In this document: positions 25,516-39,700 of the stretch, piece by piece | Numbering within the stretch: position 1 is the first letter of the stretch | How the letters are laid out: the number at the start of each line of letters is the position of its first letter | NCBI RefSeq assembly: GCF_036321535.1 | Contig: NC_087437.1 | Location: 42,472,001 to 42,536,000, forward strand | From: Camelus dromedarius | Lineage: Eukaryota | Length of the DNA stretch: 64,000 bases | Reading direction: 5' to 3' | Made by a program: the position numbers and the translations under genes | Notes under the pieces: generated by a model | Seen by the model: the letters and a program-made list of their open reading frames with translations, nothing else | Told to the model about the DNA's origin: nothing | Databases searched by the model: none

Positions 25516-26049
25516 TACTTAAAACTCAAGTATTTTACGTTTCATGTTTTAAATAGTTCTTTTAGACAAATTTTCATAGGCCACTGTGAATGCATATACC
25601 AGTCTCTGCTCTGTTATCTACTTACATATTTATTTGCTTATTCCTTCCTCCATTAATGCTTTTGAGCATTTATATACTGGGCTATGTGTAGGTTAGGAGT
25701 CTTTAATCTGGAATCTACTGCACAATGGAGGTAGTGAATCCTATCATAGTTTATATAAAATATATAAAATATATTTTATTTGCATGTATGTGTGCATTTT
25801 TCTGGCAGAAGATGCACTTCTATCGCTTTATTGGGGGGATGGAGCTGTGATCTCCTCCAAAAGTGTAGGTTTTCCAGGGAGAGGAAATAACATGAGATAA
25901 GGTTGTGTGAGGTTGGAATGTATTGGATGTTCACTGGCAAAATATAGCAGGTAGTTAATTCTAATTTTAAAGGGAGCTTTAAAATGTGGAAAGGTACTAC
26001 AGCCCAGGGGTGTGTGGATGCAGAAGGATGTGAGCAAACTGGAACTCAT

Positions 26050-27167
26050 TACTCCCACAGAATACCACAATTCTCACAGATATTTTTAGAAATATATAAC
26101 TTATTAATACTGATATAGGAAAAAATAGAAAACATAAATGTTCCTATAAACACTAAAGAAAAGGAATCCAAATTTAAAATCATTACTAGAAAGAAATTGG
26201 GCCCAGATGGCTTCACTGGATAATGAATGCTATTCAACATTTAATGAAGAATTAACCAATCTTACACAAATTCTTAAGGAGAATAGAGAAAAGAAATACT
26301 TCCCAACTCATTTTATGAGTCCTAGATAACCTTGGACATTTTAAGAAAGGTTAGTCTTATTTGTGAAAGTACGTGTAAAATTTTAAAATAAAATATTTCA
26401 TTTTAATATGTAAAAAATTATATATCATAACCAGGTTTGCTTTATACCAGGCACAAGAGGTTGTTTTTAGATAATTTATCAGTGTATCTTCTACTTTAAT
26501 AGGGTAAGGCAGAAAAATTATATTACCGCTGTATTTTCAGAAAAAATCTGATAAATGTGTCTATTATTATACTTTTTGCAAATTAGGAGTAGAATGGAAC
26601 ATACTTAAACTGATAAAGGTTATCTATCAAAAAACCCATAACAAATGTCATACTTAATGATGAAGCCTTGGCAACGTCTTCTTTGTGATCAGAAAGGAGA
26701 GGAGTGCTCACTTCACCACCTTTAATCAGCATTTTACTGTAGTTCCCCTTCCCCAATGCAGGATTGTTAAGAAAAGGAAATGGTATAAAAATTAGAAAGG
26801 AAAAACCAATGCTGTTATTATTCACAGATGATATGATTGTGTAGATAGGAAATCCTAAAGAATATACAGGTAAGTTACTAGGTTAAATTCTGATACAAAA
26901 TTAATATATAAATATCAATTGTATTTCTTAACACCAGCCACAAACAGGTTGAGAATACTTTTTCTTAAAAGATACCTGTGACAACAGCATAAAACCCACT
27001 GAAGTACTTAATAATAAATACAACAAAAGATGTACAAGATCTTACAGGGAAGACTATGGGACTTAATTTATATCAATTAAAGACCTTAATGGAGATATTG
27101 TACCATTGTCATGGATTAGTTACTTCAATTTTGAAAAATAAGTTTCCCCCAAATTGAGCCGATCAAG

Positions 27168-27204
<37 letters not shown>

Positions 27205-29290
27205 CATGACAAATTATTTCCAAAATATATGTGGAAATACAAGAGTTAAGACTAAGAGGTAAGTTGAAGAAGTGAGAGGACTTGCTTTATCAGAAACAAG
27301 GTTTATTCTAAAGGTGTAGTAATCAAGACAGTGAGATGTTAGAAGTCTTGGTGTACTGAGCACAGATAAATTAATGGATTATGATTGAAAATCCACAAAC
27401 AGACAAAAGTGGCACTTTAAAACTGACAAAAAGATAGTCTGTTCAACAAATGGTGCTGGGAAAAAATGGGTATCTTTATTTAAAACAGAAGAGAAGGAAA
27501 TTTCTAACATGCTGTACAAAAATGAATTTCAAAGGAATTATAGGCCTAAATATGAAATGTAAAACTATATAAGATGTTACTAGATAGTATACGAGAGGAT
27601 CTTACTCTTTTGGGTTGGAAAAGATTGTTTAAACATGTTACCATGTTTAAGATAATTAATTATAGTGGGAAGGACAGATAAATCTGCATAAAAATTAAGA
27701 ACTTCTCGTCATGAAAAGACATCATTAAAGTCAAAGAGTAGATGTTTGCAATTTATGGAACTGACATGTCCAGAAGATGTAAATCACTAAAAAAAAAATC
27801 TGAAAAATCAGACATCCTTATAGAAAACCAGGTATTTTACAAGTGAGGAAATCCAAATGGCTAATACGCTTATTAAGAAACATTTCTCATTCATAATGCA
27901 GAAAATGCAAAAAGACACCCTTGCACATACACCATATTTGCTTAGCACAAATGGGAAGCAGAGGTCTCTTCCACTGCTTGTAGGAGTATAAATTGTATAA
28001 CCATTTTTACAAGATGCTTGGGCATTAACCAATAAAGATTAAGGTACACATACCTTAAAACCAAGTAATTGTGATTCCAGATATTTATTTCAGAAAAATA
28101 TAGGCATATGAATACCAGAATCCATGTACAAAAGAATGTTCATAGCTGCATCATTATATGTAATAGCCTGAAAATGAAAAATCAGAAATTTACATCAACA
28201 TTACAATATATGAATATTCTGTGTTACAGTCATGCACTGAATCAACATGCAACAGCCTGGATAAACTTTGAAAGTATTCAATGAAAGAAAACATATAAAA
28301 GAATAACTATTCTATGATTCCATTTATATAAAGTTTAAAAATTGGCAAAGTAATACTTCAGGTTGCAAAGTTACCTAGTACAAGTTTAAAAGCAAGCAAG
28401 AAAAATGATTATTCTAAAAACCAACATAGTATAACCTCTGGGTGAAAATGAGGAAGGGGCACATGGGAACCTTCCTACTTCTAGCAATGTTCTGTTTCTT
28501 AAGCTGTATATTATTTATGTGGTTGTCACTTCATAGTAGTAATTTACTGTTTTAATATTTTGAGAAGACCAGTAACGACAAACATCTGTCAAGGTTGAGA
28601 GGGGGGGAGGTAATATAAAATGTTAGATGTGTTATAATCTAGACACATGCTATATGATACTATGAACAACTTTCTGCCAAATTGAAAAGTTAATTGAAAC
28701 TAATAAATTTTGAAGAAAATACAAATGAATAAAACTGGCTTAATAAGAAAAAAAAAAGCTGCTTGGTTCTGTAATATTAAAGAATAGAGCCCAAAATTAA
28801 AATTCTTTCTTACAGAGAAAATGCTTGGACTAGTTTTACGGTAAGAACACTCCAAATTCAAGAAACAGATTGAAGAGAGAACATTTTCCATTTTTTTCAT
28901 GAGTTTCACATACCTTGATATGAAAACAAAGAGAAAAGGAAAGGAAAATTATATAGTCTAATCTCATTCAAGACTATCAATGGAAAATTCTAAAATTGCT
29001 AATATTGTATTAGCAAAGTGAATTCAGCATTGCATGAAAAAGGTTATGCATCATTAAGTTGAGTTTATCTCTGGAATGCAAGGTTGTTTAACAATACAAA
29101 ATCAATTAATGTATTTCACCGCATTAATAGATAAAGGGGAAAGTCATAGGATCATCTCAATAAATAAAAAGTATTTGAAAAATTTAATAATGCACAGAAA
29201 AGCACTTCCTTAAGGTAATAAAAGACTTTCACCAAGAAAACCTACAGCAAACATCCTTAATGATGAAATGTTGAAAGCATTCCCTTCAAG
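26050..29290 (+). mobile_element. Old L1 ORF2/3' UTR fragments (at least two pieces)
   Basis: 'ggcccagatggcttcactgg', 'ttattcacagatgatatgattgtgta' (LFTDDMI, RT), 'ttcaacaaatggtgctggg', and a second pass through 'ggaatgcaaggttgtttaaca' near 29070. Confidence 0.8.
27172..27202. repeat. (TG)n microsatellite, about 15 units
   Basis: Read directly from the sequence. Confidence 0.95.
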
Positions 29291-29467
29291 ATCAGCTCAT
29301 TTTGAAAATAAGTTGTTTTAAAATAAAAAAGCAGTAAAACATATAATAAAATTTAGGGAAATATTTGAATAACCTCAGTGTGTGGGGAAAAAAGCCAAAA
29401 ACATGAAGTTAGACATGTTTTACTTTATAAGGATAAGCTGTTTGTAAATGATGAAAATTTTCAGGTA

Positions 29468-31671
29468 CAGGTACACCTTGGAGATATTGCGAGTTTGGTC
29501 CCAGACCACCACAATAAAGCAAGTATTGAAATAAGGCAAGTCAGAAATGTTTTGGTTTCCCAGTGCATATAGAAGTTGCATTTACGTGATACTGTAGTCT
29601 ATTAAGTGTGCATTAATAGCATTATGTCTAAAAAAATAATGTACATACCTTAATTAAAAATCCTTTATTGCTAAAAAGTGTTAACCATCATCTGAGCCTT
29701 CAGTCAATCTTTTTGCTGGTGGAGAGTCTTGCCTCGAGTTGGTGGCTGGTGACTGATCAGGGTAAGGTGACTGGTAATTTCCTAAAATAAGACAACAATG
29801 AAGTTTGCCACATCGATTGACTCTTCCTTTCGGGAATGATTTCTCTGCAGCATGCAATGCTGTTTGATAGTATTTTACCCACAGAACTTACAAAATTGGA
29901 GTCGATCCTCTCAAACCCAGTGCTGCTTATCAACTAAGTTTATGTAAATCCTCTATTCTCATTTCAACAATCTTCACAGCATCTTTACCAGTAAATTCCA
30001 TCTCAAAAAACAAAACAAAACAAAAAACCAAAAAACACTTTCTTTGCTCATCCATAAGAAACAACTCAGTCATCAAGTTTTATCATGAGATGGCAGCAAT
30101 TCAGTCACACCTTAAGGCTCCACTTCTAATTCTACTTCTCTTGCTATTTCTACCACAACTGCAGTTACTTCCTTCACTGAAGTCTTGAACCCCTTAAAGT
30201 CATCCATGAGGGTTGGAAACAGCTTTTTCCAAGCTCCTGTTAATGTTGGTATTTTGTTCTTTTCCCTTAAGACTTGAAAGTCAAAATTGCTCCTTGATCC
30301 ATGGGCTGCAGAATGGATGTTGTGTTAGCAGGCATGAAAACAACATCAATCTCATTGTATATCTCCATTAGAGCTTTTGGGTGACAAGCTGCATTGTCAA
30401 TAAGCAGTAATATTTTGAAAGAAATTTTTTTTTTCCTGAGGAGCAGTTTTCAGCGGGCTGAAAATATTCAGTAAACCATGTTGTAAACAGATGTGCTGTC
30501 ACCCAGGCTTTGTTGCTCCATTTAGAGAGCACAGGCAAAGGAAATTTAGCATAATTCTTAAGGGCCCTAGGGTTTTTGGAACATAATGAGCATTGGCTTC
30601 AACTTAAGAGTCATAAGCTGTATTAGCCCCTAACAAGAAAGTCAGCCTGTCCTTTGAAGCATGGAAACGTCAGGTATTGATTTCTCCTCTCTAACTATGG
30701 AAGTCCTAGATGGCATCTTCTTCCTGTTTTATGTAGACTGAAAATCTTTGTTTAGTAGAACCACCTTCATTAATTATCTAGATCTTCTGGACTACTTGCT
30801 GCAGCTGCTGCATCAGTATATGCTGCTTTACCTTGCACTTCTTGTTACGGAGATGACTTCTTTCCTTAAACTTCGTTAACCAGCCTCTGCTAACTTCATA
30901 CTTCTCTTCTGTGGCTGCCTCACCTCTCTCAGCCTTCACAGACTTAGGGTCTTGCTCTGGATTAGGCTTTGGCTTAAGAGAATGTTATGGCTGGTTTGAT
31001 CTTCTGTCCAGATCACTCAGGCTTTGTCCATTTCAGCAGTAAGGCTGTTTGCTTTCTTATCCCTTTCACCAGAGCACTTCAATTTCCGTCAAGAGCTTTT
31101 CCTTTGCATCACAGCGTGGCTAACCATTTGGTGCAAGAGGCCTAGCTTTTGTCCTGTCTCAGCTTTTGACACGCCTTCCTCACTGAGCTTAATCCTTTCT
31201 AGTTTTTGATTTTAAGTGAGAGACATGCAACTCTTCATTTCACTCAAACATTTAGAGGCCACTGTAGGGTTATTAACTGGCCTAATGTTAATGTTTGTTG
31301 TGTCTCAGAGAACAGAGGCCTGAAGGGAGAGAGGGAGGTGGGGAAATGGCAGGTCAGTGGAGCAGTCTGAACTTAAGCACTTACAGATAAAGTTCCTTGT
31401 CTTATATGAGCGTGATTTGTGGTGCCCCCAAACAATTACAATAGTAACACAGATCTCTGGTCACAGATAACCATGACAAATATAATAATGAGAAAGCTTG
31501 AAATGTGAGAATTACCAACATGTGACAGAGACACAAAGTGAGCAAGTGCCGTTGGAAAAATGGCGCTGACAGACTTGCTTGATGCTGGGTTGGCACAAAC
31601 CTTCAATTTGTGAAAAATGCAGTGTCTGCGAAGCTCAGTAAAGTCAAGGGTAATAAAGTGAGGTAGGCCTG
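29468..31671 (-). mobile_element. Tigger1 DNA transposon, near full length, degenerate
   Basis: Ends CAGGTACACCTTGGAGATATTGCG... and ...GAGGTAGGCCTG, each flanked by TA; internal sequence resembles antisense Tigger1 transposase; 2.2 kb versus the ~2.4 kb consensus. Confidence 0.92.
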
Positions 31672-32548
31672 TATTAAAAAGAATGACGCACTATTCTCAA
31701 GGGTATGTGGGAATAGTGCTTTTATGGAGCACTTGTGGTATAAACTTTTTGGTGCATAGTTCTATCAGAATCTTCTGAAAAAAGCAAACCTCTTTTGATA
31801 GAGTCAAACTCCTTTCACAAGTTGTTCATAAGCAAATAGGCAAGCATGTGTAGCTGTATTTCAGGACTGTCAATACAAAAATGTTTTATGTCCTTTAATA
31901 GGGAATTGGTCATGTAAACTGTGATACAGTCATGCAATGGAATATGACATAGTCATTTAAAATGATGTTTTAGATTTATTTATGAACATGGAAAGACGTT
32001 CATTACCTCTTGTTATATGAAGAAAACAGGTTATAAAATGGTATAGAATACGATCACATTTTTTGCTTAAAGTATTATATAGGAATAGGAAAAAGTCTAG
32101 AGAGAGACATACCAAAATAATAGTAATTATTATCTATGAATAGAACTAAAAGTGATTTAAAAAAAAATTTTATGGGAGTGTACTTGATTTATAATGTGTT
32201 AGTTTTAGGTATAGAGCAAAGTGATTCAGTTATACATACACATACATATATATATTCTTTCAGATTCCTTTTTAAAAAATTATTCTCTATTGTCTGAATT
32301 TTGAAATAATGAACAGATGATCTGTCTATCATATAGACAGAGCAGATCTATCCACCCATCCATCTACCCAACCATCTATCATTTATCTATATCCCGGATG
32401 GTGGAGGAGAGGAGAGAATTGTTATTTTTTCTGATTCTAAGGCTCTCCCAATCACCCTGTAACCCACTATTTGGCTTTTGCACTTATCTTTCCACTGAAA
32501 CTTGTTTCCCAAGGTCACCTGTGACTTTCCGTTTGTCAAATCTAATAT

Positions 32549-32686
32549 GAAGAAGGGTTAGGTCAAAGTGGTAGAGTGCATACTTAGCATGCATAATGTC
32601 CTGTGTTCAATCCCCAGTACCTCCTCTAGAAAAAGTAAATAATTAAATAAACCTTAAAAAGGAAAAAAAAAGTTATTAAAAAAAAT
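32549..32686 (+). mobile_element. tRNA-derived short SINE (camelid vic-1 type)
   Basis: A box 'gtcaaagtggtagag', B box 'gttcaatccc', A-rich tail; homologous to 53252-53356. Confidence 0.8.
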
Positions 32687-33339
32687 CTTACACTTTTCAG
32701 TTCTTATCCATTGGCCCTCTGGTTTTGTTCCTATAAATCATCCCCTCCTTTTAAAAACTCTTTCCTCTTTTGGATTCTGTGTCACTTTTTTTCCCCTACC
32801 TATTGAATTACACCTCGGTATATATAGTTGAATATATAGAGAATCATCTCCTATCCCTTATATGTAAATATACCCGAATGTCCACCTTTGTTCCTCATTT
32901 CTTTGCATTTTACATACTCACACTATTTTATGCATGTATGTATGTCTTTATCTCTATGTCTCTGTATCTCTCTATATCATATCTGTATATCTATATATAT
33001 CTATTTATAGAACTGCCTGCAGGATGTTATCCACTGGATGATTTAAAACCATCTCACACTTTGTATATTTAGATCTGAAGTCTCTTCTCCTTCCTTCACG
33101 CCTCCAATACTGTTTATTTTCTCTACAGCTTTCTGTGAATGGTATCACCATCCACCCTACCACCAGAACCAGACTCCTGGGAATCACCCTATGCCTGGGC
33201 TTGGCTCTTTTCCTCATTCCTCCCGGCCAGGCTGCTGATCCTACATCCGTAAGCTCTTATGAACGAGTCCACTTCCTTGTCTCCATTCCCACTGCCATGC
33301 TTTCTTTCAGGCACCCATGACTTTCTCCTGGATTTATGT

Positions 33340-33765
33340 GGTAGTCTTTAGTCTTAGCCTGAGTTCTACAAAAGCACAATCTGGAACAGAGGCCTGTGTT
33401 CAGGATTATTTGGGTAGTTTACCCTGGGGAGTAGGAATGAAGAATGAGAGGAGGAGGGAAAGCCAGCACAGCCTGTTTCACCAAGCTGGCCGTCACCAGA
33501 AACCACGCTTGCTCAGTCCTGTGGGAATTTTCCGTCTGTTGTGTGAAGGGAGGAAGCGTCGATTTCTCAGTTTCCATTCCAGCTGTTTGAGGGTGGTGCG
33601 CTGGACGTGAACATCAAGTCCCCAGCAATTCCAGGCTGTATCTGGCGTGATGCCCAACGATTCTGACACCCCAAAGCCTCAGAAATCCCTGGTGCAGAAG
33701 GTGAGAAGTAGACTGCTGCAGTAAGGGGGTGGGTAGGGCTGAAGGGGTTTCACGTCGCCCACGGC
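33340..33765 (-). mobile_element. Old ERVL solo LTR (LTR16-like)
   Basis: 'gtcttagcctgagttctacaaaagcacaatctggaacagaggcctgtgttcaggattatttggg' resembles the antisense LTR16 family; boundaries approximate. Confidence 0.55.
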
Positions 33766-36721
33766 AAGTGTCTGATTTACCTTGTAACTGATATTCCTGT
33801 CCTCCTTCTGAAATCCAATCATTAGAGGCAGAGTAATCTCTACCACTTTGTTATTTTTCTGCTTAAAATGTTTCAGTGTCTCTGCTAGAGAACTGCAGAT
33901 AAATACACGTTCCTTAGCATATGGTAAAGGCCTTCCCCTTTTGATCTGGGTCCTTCTTACCTCCCCAGAACCATCCCTCACCACTTCCCTATATAAACCC
34001 TTCCCAAAACATGCCCAACTCTTATTCTGGCTCCTTATCTATGCTGTACCCTCTCCCTAGAATGCCCTTCCTCTCCTTTTTTGCTTAACTAGTCTCTCCT
34101 TCAAGAAACCTTATTTGACTCTCCTCTTCTTCCCAGGCTGGGTTAGTTCCCCTCCTACATGTTCCAGCAGCAACCTGTGTTTAACTTCATCGTAGAACTT
34201 ACTATATTGTTTCATTTTGGGGGGTCTAATATATCTGTTAAACTAGATTGTCAACTCCTAGTGCAAAATAAGTGCTCGATAACTGTTGAAATTGTTCCAA
34301 AATCTGTGTATCAGGGAAAGTGAAGCAACTATATCACTGAAATGAAGAATAACCACATTCAGTGTATGTCTAAAATGCCTTTGAGGTTTCAGTTTTTCTC
34401 AGAAGGTGTTAATCTAACGTGTGCCTGTCAGATGTGCCGTAGGAAGAACGCAGACTTCAAGCACTGCATGGAGTGTTAGGTGGAGAGATGAGAGGTGGCA
34501 GCGCTGACCTGCCAGAGTGGTCCAAAGAGCAGTCTTCGTATTGCTGATGGAAACACCGCTTTGCAGATCACCTGCCTTCAAGAAGCATGAAAACTGATAA
34601 CCGGTGTAACAGTCTACGAGAGGAGGTGTTTCAGCCCTCTAGATGTGTTGCACCCCTACACTGGAACTGGCAAAGCTGCCACACGAGTCTGGATGAAATT
34701 GGGCTGTGGGCCAGGATAACCTTTGTAGAGTTCGAAAATGTGACATACGGCACTAATATTGTACCTCCCCAGGATTTGAGCCTCGCTTCCAAGAGGTGTG
34801 GCATTGCTATAACCCTGGAAAGTGTGGCAAAGACCTGGGAAAAATATTGTAGCCTGAGAGATTATTTTTCACTTCCAAATAAATCTGCCAGGCTGAATTC
34901 ATTTGCAAAAGAATAGATTCAGCTTGGTTTGTCTGGCTTTTGTGGTTCAGCTTTCATAGAATTAATTTGTGCCAAATATACTATAGCTTTATTTTTTAAA
35001 TGAATAATTATATAATTCTTTACTTGATTAGAAAAATAATAAGTGCTTATAACTATTTCTGGTTTTAGTGTTTCTCATGGTTGCCTTTCTAACTTTAAAT
35101 AATACAAAACAGCACTGTTTTTTTCAACTGTCGACTTCAGGCATTATTTATTAGCTGAACCTCTGAGAAGCTAAAAAGTATTGAGTCTGCTTAAGCTACA
35201 CTTTCTCTCCTTCCCTTCCACCTCCAATTTAAAACAACTGTTATTTTTTTTTAATTTTACCGAGACGGCATCTCATAACTCCAAATGATGTCAGATAACA
35301 TTAAACATTAAACATTTATTGAGTGTTTACTGTATGCCAGGAACTGTTCTAAACACTTATATATTAACTCATTAATCCTGACATTGGCCCTATGAAATAG
35401 AGATTATTATCCCCATTTTTAAGACATGGAGGCACTGAGCAGTTGCATACCCTGTGCAAGGTTACCAGTTGATAACTGGTAGAGCTGGGGTGGCTCTACT
35501 ATCTGTGCTGTTAATTACTATGCGCTACAGTTCCCCACCCAGGAAGCTATTAGAAACCATGTGTCTTTCGACTCCCCTGCATCTAACAATTCTTTTTCCC
35601 TTTTCACTCCCCACAAAAATCATGTTTACTTTCTAGAGTGGAAGTTATCTTCCTTCTTTTCCCTCTGTGGCTCTTCTCCTTCAGCGAACACACTCTTCTT
35701 TCTTCCCGTACATAGGTCCCCGAAGTGAGAATCCTGGCACTGGGGGTAGGAGAGGTGGTGCTGATGGTAGGCCTGCGCTTGTGCACAGGTCTAGGCTCCA
35801 GCTTCTGTTACAAATACTTTTAAAATGCACATGCCTTCCACACAGTAATTTTTCAATTCTCTACCTCATTTGTATAATTTAAACAAATTTAGAATTTTTA
35901 CAGCCACAAATCAGTATGTCACAACTTAACCATCCATATCCAAACAACTCACTGCTCACTGGGGCCACCCCCTCTGTCTTCTCTACTGTGTCCCACTCTC
36001 TCATTCTGTATAGCTAGCTCCCTATTTCTCTCTCTCTCTCTCTCTCTGTTGCTCCTCTCTATTCTCTTGATCTTTCTGCCCTTCTCTTTATTTCTTCCTT
36101 ACACTTGTCATGCCTCACTCGGCAAGTTTGTTTTCCCTCTTGTTGCTCTTTCTCCCCAAGCTTTCTGATGGGACATGACTTTCTTGTAAGGTTCCTTCCC
36201 CTCACCTGTCCCCACAAACACAACCCCTCACCACGGCCACTTCCCAGGGTGGTGTTTATAGAATAATTTTAATTAATCCCTTTTCAGCCACTATCTTTTA
36301 TCTGTCCCCTTACCTCTGACCTTGAATTTGGAGTCTCTCCAGGGTTCTGCCCTCAGAGTTCAAGGTTAACAGCCTCCTTTTTGCTGCTTTTCTTCCTTCT
36401 ACGAATTCTGTCTGGGTCTCTGCTTCCTCAGCTTGTTTTATCCTTTAACAGGCTTTTGTTCTCTTTCCATTCTTTAGAAATGTGTTAAACATCTCCTCTA
36501 CTGATGTTTTCCCTTCTGCCCCCTTTCATTACATCATTTCTTCACTCTTTTTGGAGTCTTCACTGGGTAATCATTTGTGCTTAAGCTGCATTTTGAACTA
36601 GAAATCATACTTGGTCCACATAATAAATGTAATAGTCAACGCGATATGTATATATAAATCTTAAAAGTACAAATTGCATTGTCAGACAAAAACAACATTT
36701 GTTTCTTTAAAACTAAATGCC

Positions 36722-39700
36722 TTTGGGGGAGGTTCTCAGAGGGCAGAGTAGAAGGATGCATAGCTCTCCCTCTCCCACGAATACACCAAAAATTTACATC
36801 TAAAAAACGGATTAATTCACACAGAATAGCGGCTGAACTTCAGCAGAATATCTCTCACTTCGGAAATACAAGAAAATTCTCACAAAACGAGGTAGGAGAA
36901 GAAAAGAAAGAAAAAGGAAATCGGTGTGTGATCTGTCCCCCAGGAAGGAGTGGCAGAGGAGGAAAAGCACCCTCACCCTGGGAAGCCCTCTCTCTTCAGT
37001 GAGGAGGTCAGCGTGGTCAAAAAGGGAGCTACAGAGGCTCAGAAGAGAACTCAGTAGCTGCCTGGCAGACAGAACTGAGAGAAATGAGCACAGAGGGTCC
37101 CTGCGATCCCTGGCCTGAGATGGAAGCTGGCGGGGGCAGGCCGGCTTAGGCCACTGAAGCTCGGGCTTCTGACAGCCCAGGAAGAGGACTGGGGCTGACT
37201 GCACAGAGGCTTTCCTCAAAAAACAAGAACAATCTCAAATAAACAACCTAACTTATCACCTAAAAGAATTAGAAAAAGAAGAACAACAAAATCTAAAGCT
37301 AGCAGAAGGAAAGAAATAATAAAGATCAGGGAGGGAATAAAATAGAGATTAAAAAAATTGAAAAATCAATCAAACCAAGAGCTGGTTTTTTGAAAGAGTA
37401 AGCAAAATTGATAAACCTCTGGCCAGGCTCACCAAGAAGAAAAGAGAGAGGACACAAATGAACAAAATAAGAAAGGAAAATGGAGAAATTACAACCAACA
37501 CTACAGAAATACAAAAAAAAAAAAAAATGTATGAACAACCATATGGCAACAAACTGGACAACCTAGAAGAGATGCACAAGTTTCTAGAAATATGCAGTCC
37601 ACCAAAACTGAATCAAGAAACAGATCACCTGAACAGACCCAATCACTAGAAGTGAAATAGAATCAGCAATTAAAAAACCTCCCTGCAAACAAAAGTTCAG
37701 GACCAGATGGCTTCACTAGAGAATTCTATCAAACACACAAAGAAAAGCTCATACCGATCCTTCTCAAACTCTTCCAAAAGATTAAAGAGTAGGGAATACT
37801 CCCAAACTCATTCTATGAAGCCACCATTACCCTGATACCAAAGCCAGACAAAGACACTACCAAAAAAGAAAACTACATGCCAGTATCGTTGATGAACACA
37901 GATGCAAAAATCTTCAACAATATATTAGCAAACAGAATTCAACAACACATAAAAAAGATTATACACTATGATCAAGTTGGGTTTATTCCAGGGACACAAG
38001 GATGGTTCAACATACGTGAATCAATCAATGTGATTCACCACATCAACAAAAGAAATAACAAAAATCACATAATCAGAAAAAGCATTTGATAAAATTCAAC
38101 ACCCTTTATGATAAAAACTCTTACCAAATTGGGTATAGAGGGAACATATCTCAACATAATAAAAGCTATATATGACAAACCTACAGCCAGCATTGTACTC
38201 AACAGTGAAAAGTTGAAAGCCTTCCCACTAAAATCTGGAAAAAGACAAGGATGCCCACTCTCACCACTTCTATTCAACATAGTATTGAAAGTCCTGAGTG
38301 TAGTAATCAGGGAAGAAAAAGAAAAGAAAGGAATCCAAATTGGAAGAGACAAAGTAAAATTGTCACTATATGTGGATGACATGATACTATATACAGAAAA
38401 CCCTAAAGGCTCTACACAAAAACTACTAGAGTTGATAAAAGAATTCGGCAAGGTAGCAGGATACAAGACTAACGTACAGAAATCAGCTGCATTTCTTTAC
38501 ACTAACAACAAATTATCAGAAAAGTATAGAAACAATCCCTTTTAAAATCACATCCAAAACAATAAAATACTTAGGAATAAATCTGATGATCAAGGAGGTG
38601 AAAGACATATATGCAGAGAACTACAAAATCTTTATTAAGGAAATTAAAGATGACTTAGAGAAATAGATAGATACCCCATGTTCTTAGATTGGAAGAATTA
38701 ATAGTTAAAATGGCCACGCTACCCAAAGCAATCTAACATTTGCAAAAGATGAGACTGACAAAGGCTTAATTTCCAGAATATATAAACAGCTCATATAATT
38801 TAATAAAAAAAATAAACAACCCAATCCAAAAATGGGCAGAAGACCTAAACAAGCAATTCTCTAATGAAGACATACAAATGGCCAAGAGGCACATGAAAAA
38901 ATGCTCAATATCACTAATTATCATAGAAATACAAATCAAAACCACAATGAGGTATCACCTCACACCAGTCAGAATGGCCATCATTTAAAAGTCCACAAAT
39001 GATAAATGCTAGAGAGGCTGTAGAGAAAAGGGAACCCTCCTACACTGCGGGTGGGAATGTAGTTTGGTGCAGCCATTATGGAAAACAGTATGGAGATGTC
39101 TCAAAAAACTAAAAATAGACTTACCATATGATCCAGGAATCCCACTCTTGGGCATGTATCTGGAGGGAACTCTAATTTGAAAAGATACATGCACCCCAAT
39201 GTTCATAGCAGCACTATTTACAATAGCCAAGACAAGGAAACAACCTAAATGTCCATCAACAGATGACTGGATAAAGAAGAAGTGGTATATTTATACAATG
39301 GACTACTACTCAGCCATAAAGAAGAATAAAATAATGCCATTTGCAGCAATATGTATGGACCTAGAGATTGTCATTCTAAGTGAAGTAAGCCAGATAGTGA
39401 AAGAAAAATTCCACATGATATCACTTATATGGGGAATCTAAAAAAAAAAAAAAAAAAGACAAATGAACTTATTGACAAAATAGAAACAGAATCACAGACA
39501 TAGAAAATAATCTTATGGTTACCAGGGGGGAATAGACATGGAAGGGGATAAATTGGGAGTTCGAGAATTGCAGATGCTAACTACTATATATAAAATAGAT
39601 AAACAACAAGTTTCTTCAGTATAGCACAGGGAACTATATAGTCAATGTCTTATAACCTGTAATGAAAAAGAATATGAAAAGGAATATATGTACATATATG

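Larger units (their letters stand above)
1..25530 (+). other. ECT2: ECT2 gene, 3' portion (5' part lies upstream of the window)
   Basis: Eleven GT-AG exons splice in frame to DDLEDLIVNWDESKSIGDIFLKY...FFERRSHTLSRSTTHLI*, matching the mammalian ECT2 C-terminal part as I recall it. The 3' end is approximate, placed just after AATAAA 25510-25515. Confidence 0.97.
32400..34290 (+). mobile_element. L2 fragments interrupted by a SINE and an LTR
   Basis: 'tccactgaaacttgtttcccaaggtcacc', 'gtgaatggtatcaccatccacc', 'ctagaatgcccttcctc...ccttcaag'. Confidence 0.7.

Noticed and set aside
27629..27650. 9-bp inverted repeat TTAAACATG-TTAC-CATGTTTAA
   Set aside because: AT-rich, inside a decayed L1, no context suggesting function.
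34488..34505. Third CTCF-like motif (GAGAGGTGGCAGCGC)
   Set aside because: Lacks the 5' CC-A/G part of the core; too weak to call.
34587..34916. 109-aa ORF as a protein-coding gene
   Set aside because: No recognisable homology or supporting exon structure; this length can occur by chance.
37877..38545. Functional reverse transcriptase
   Set aside because: Fragments of L1 ORF2 broken by stops, frameshifts and deletions; no ORF1 or endonuclease.
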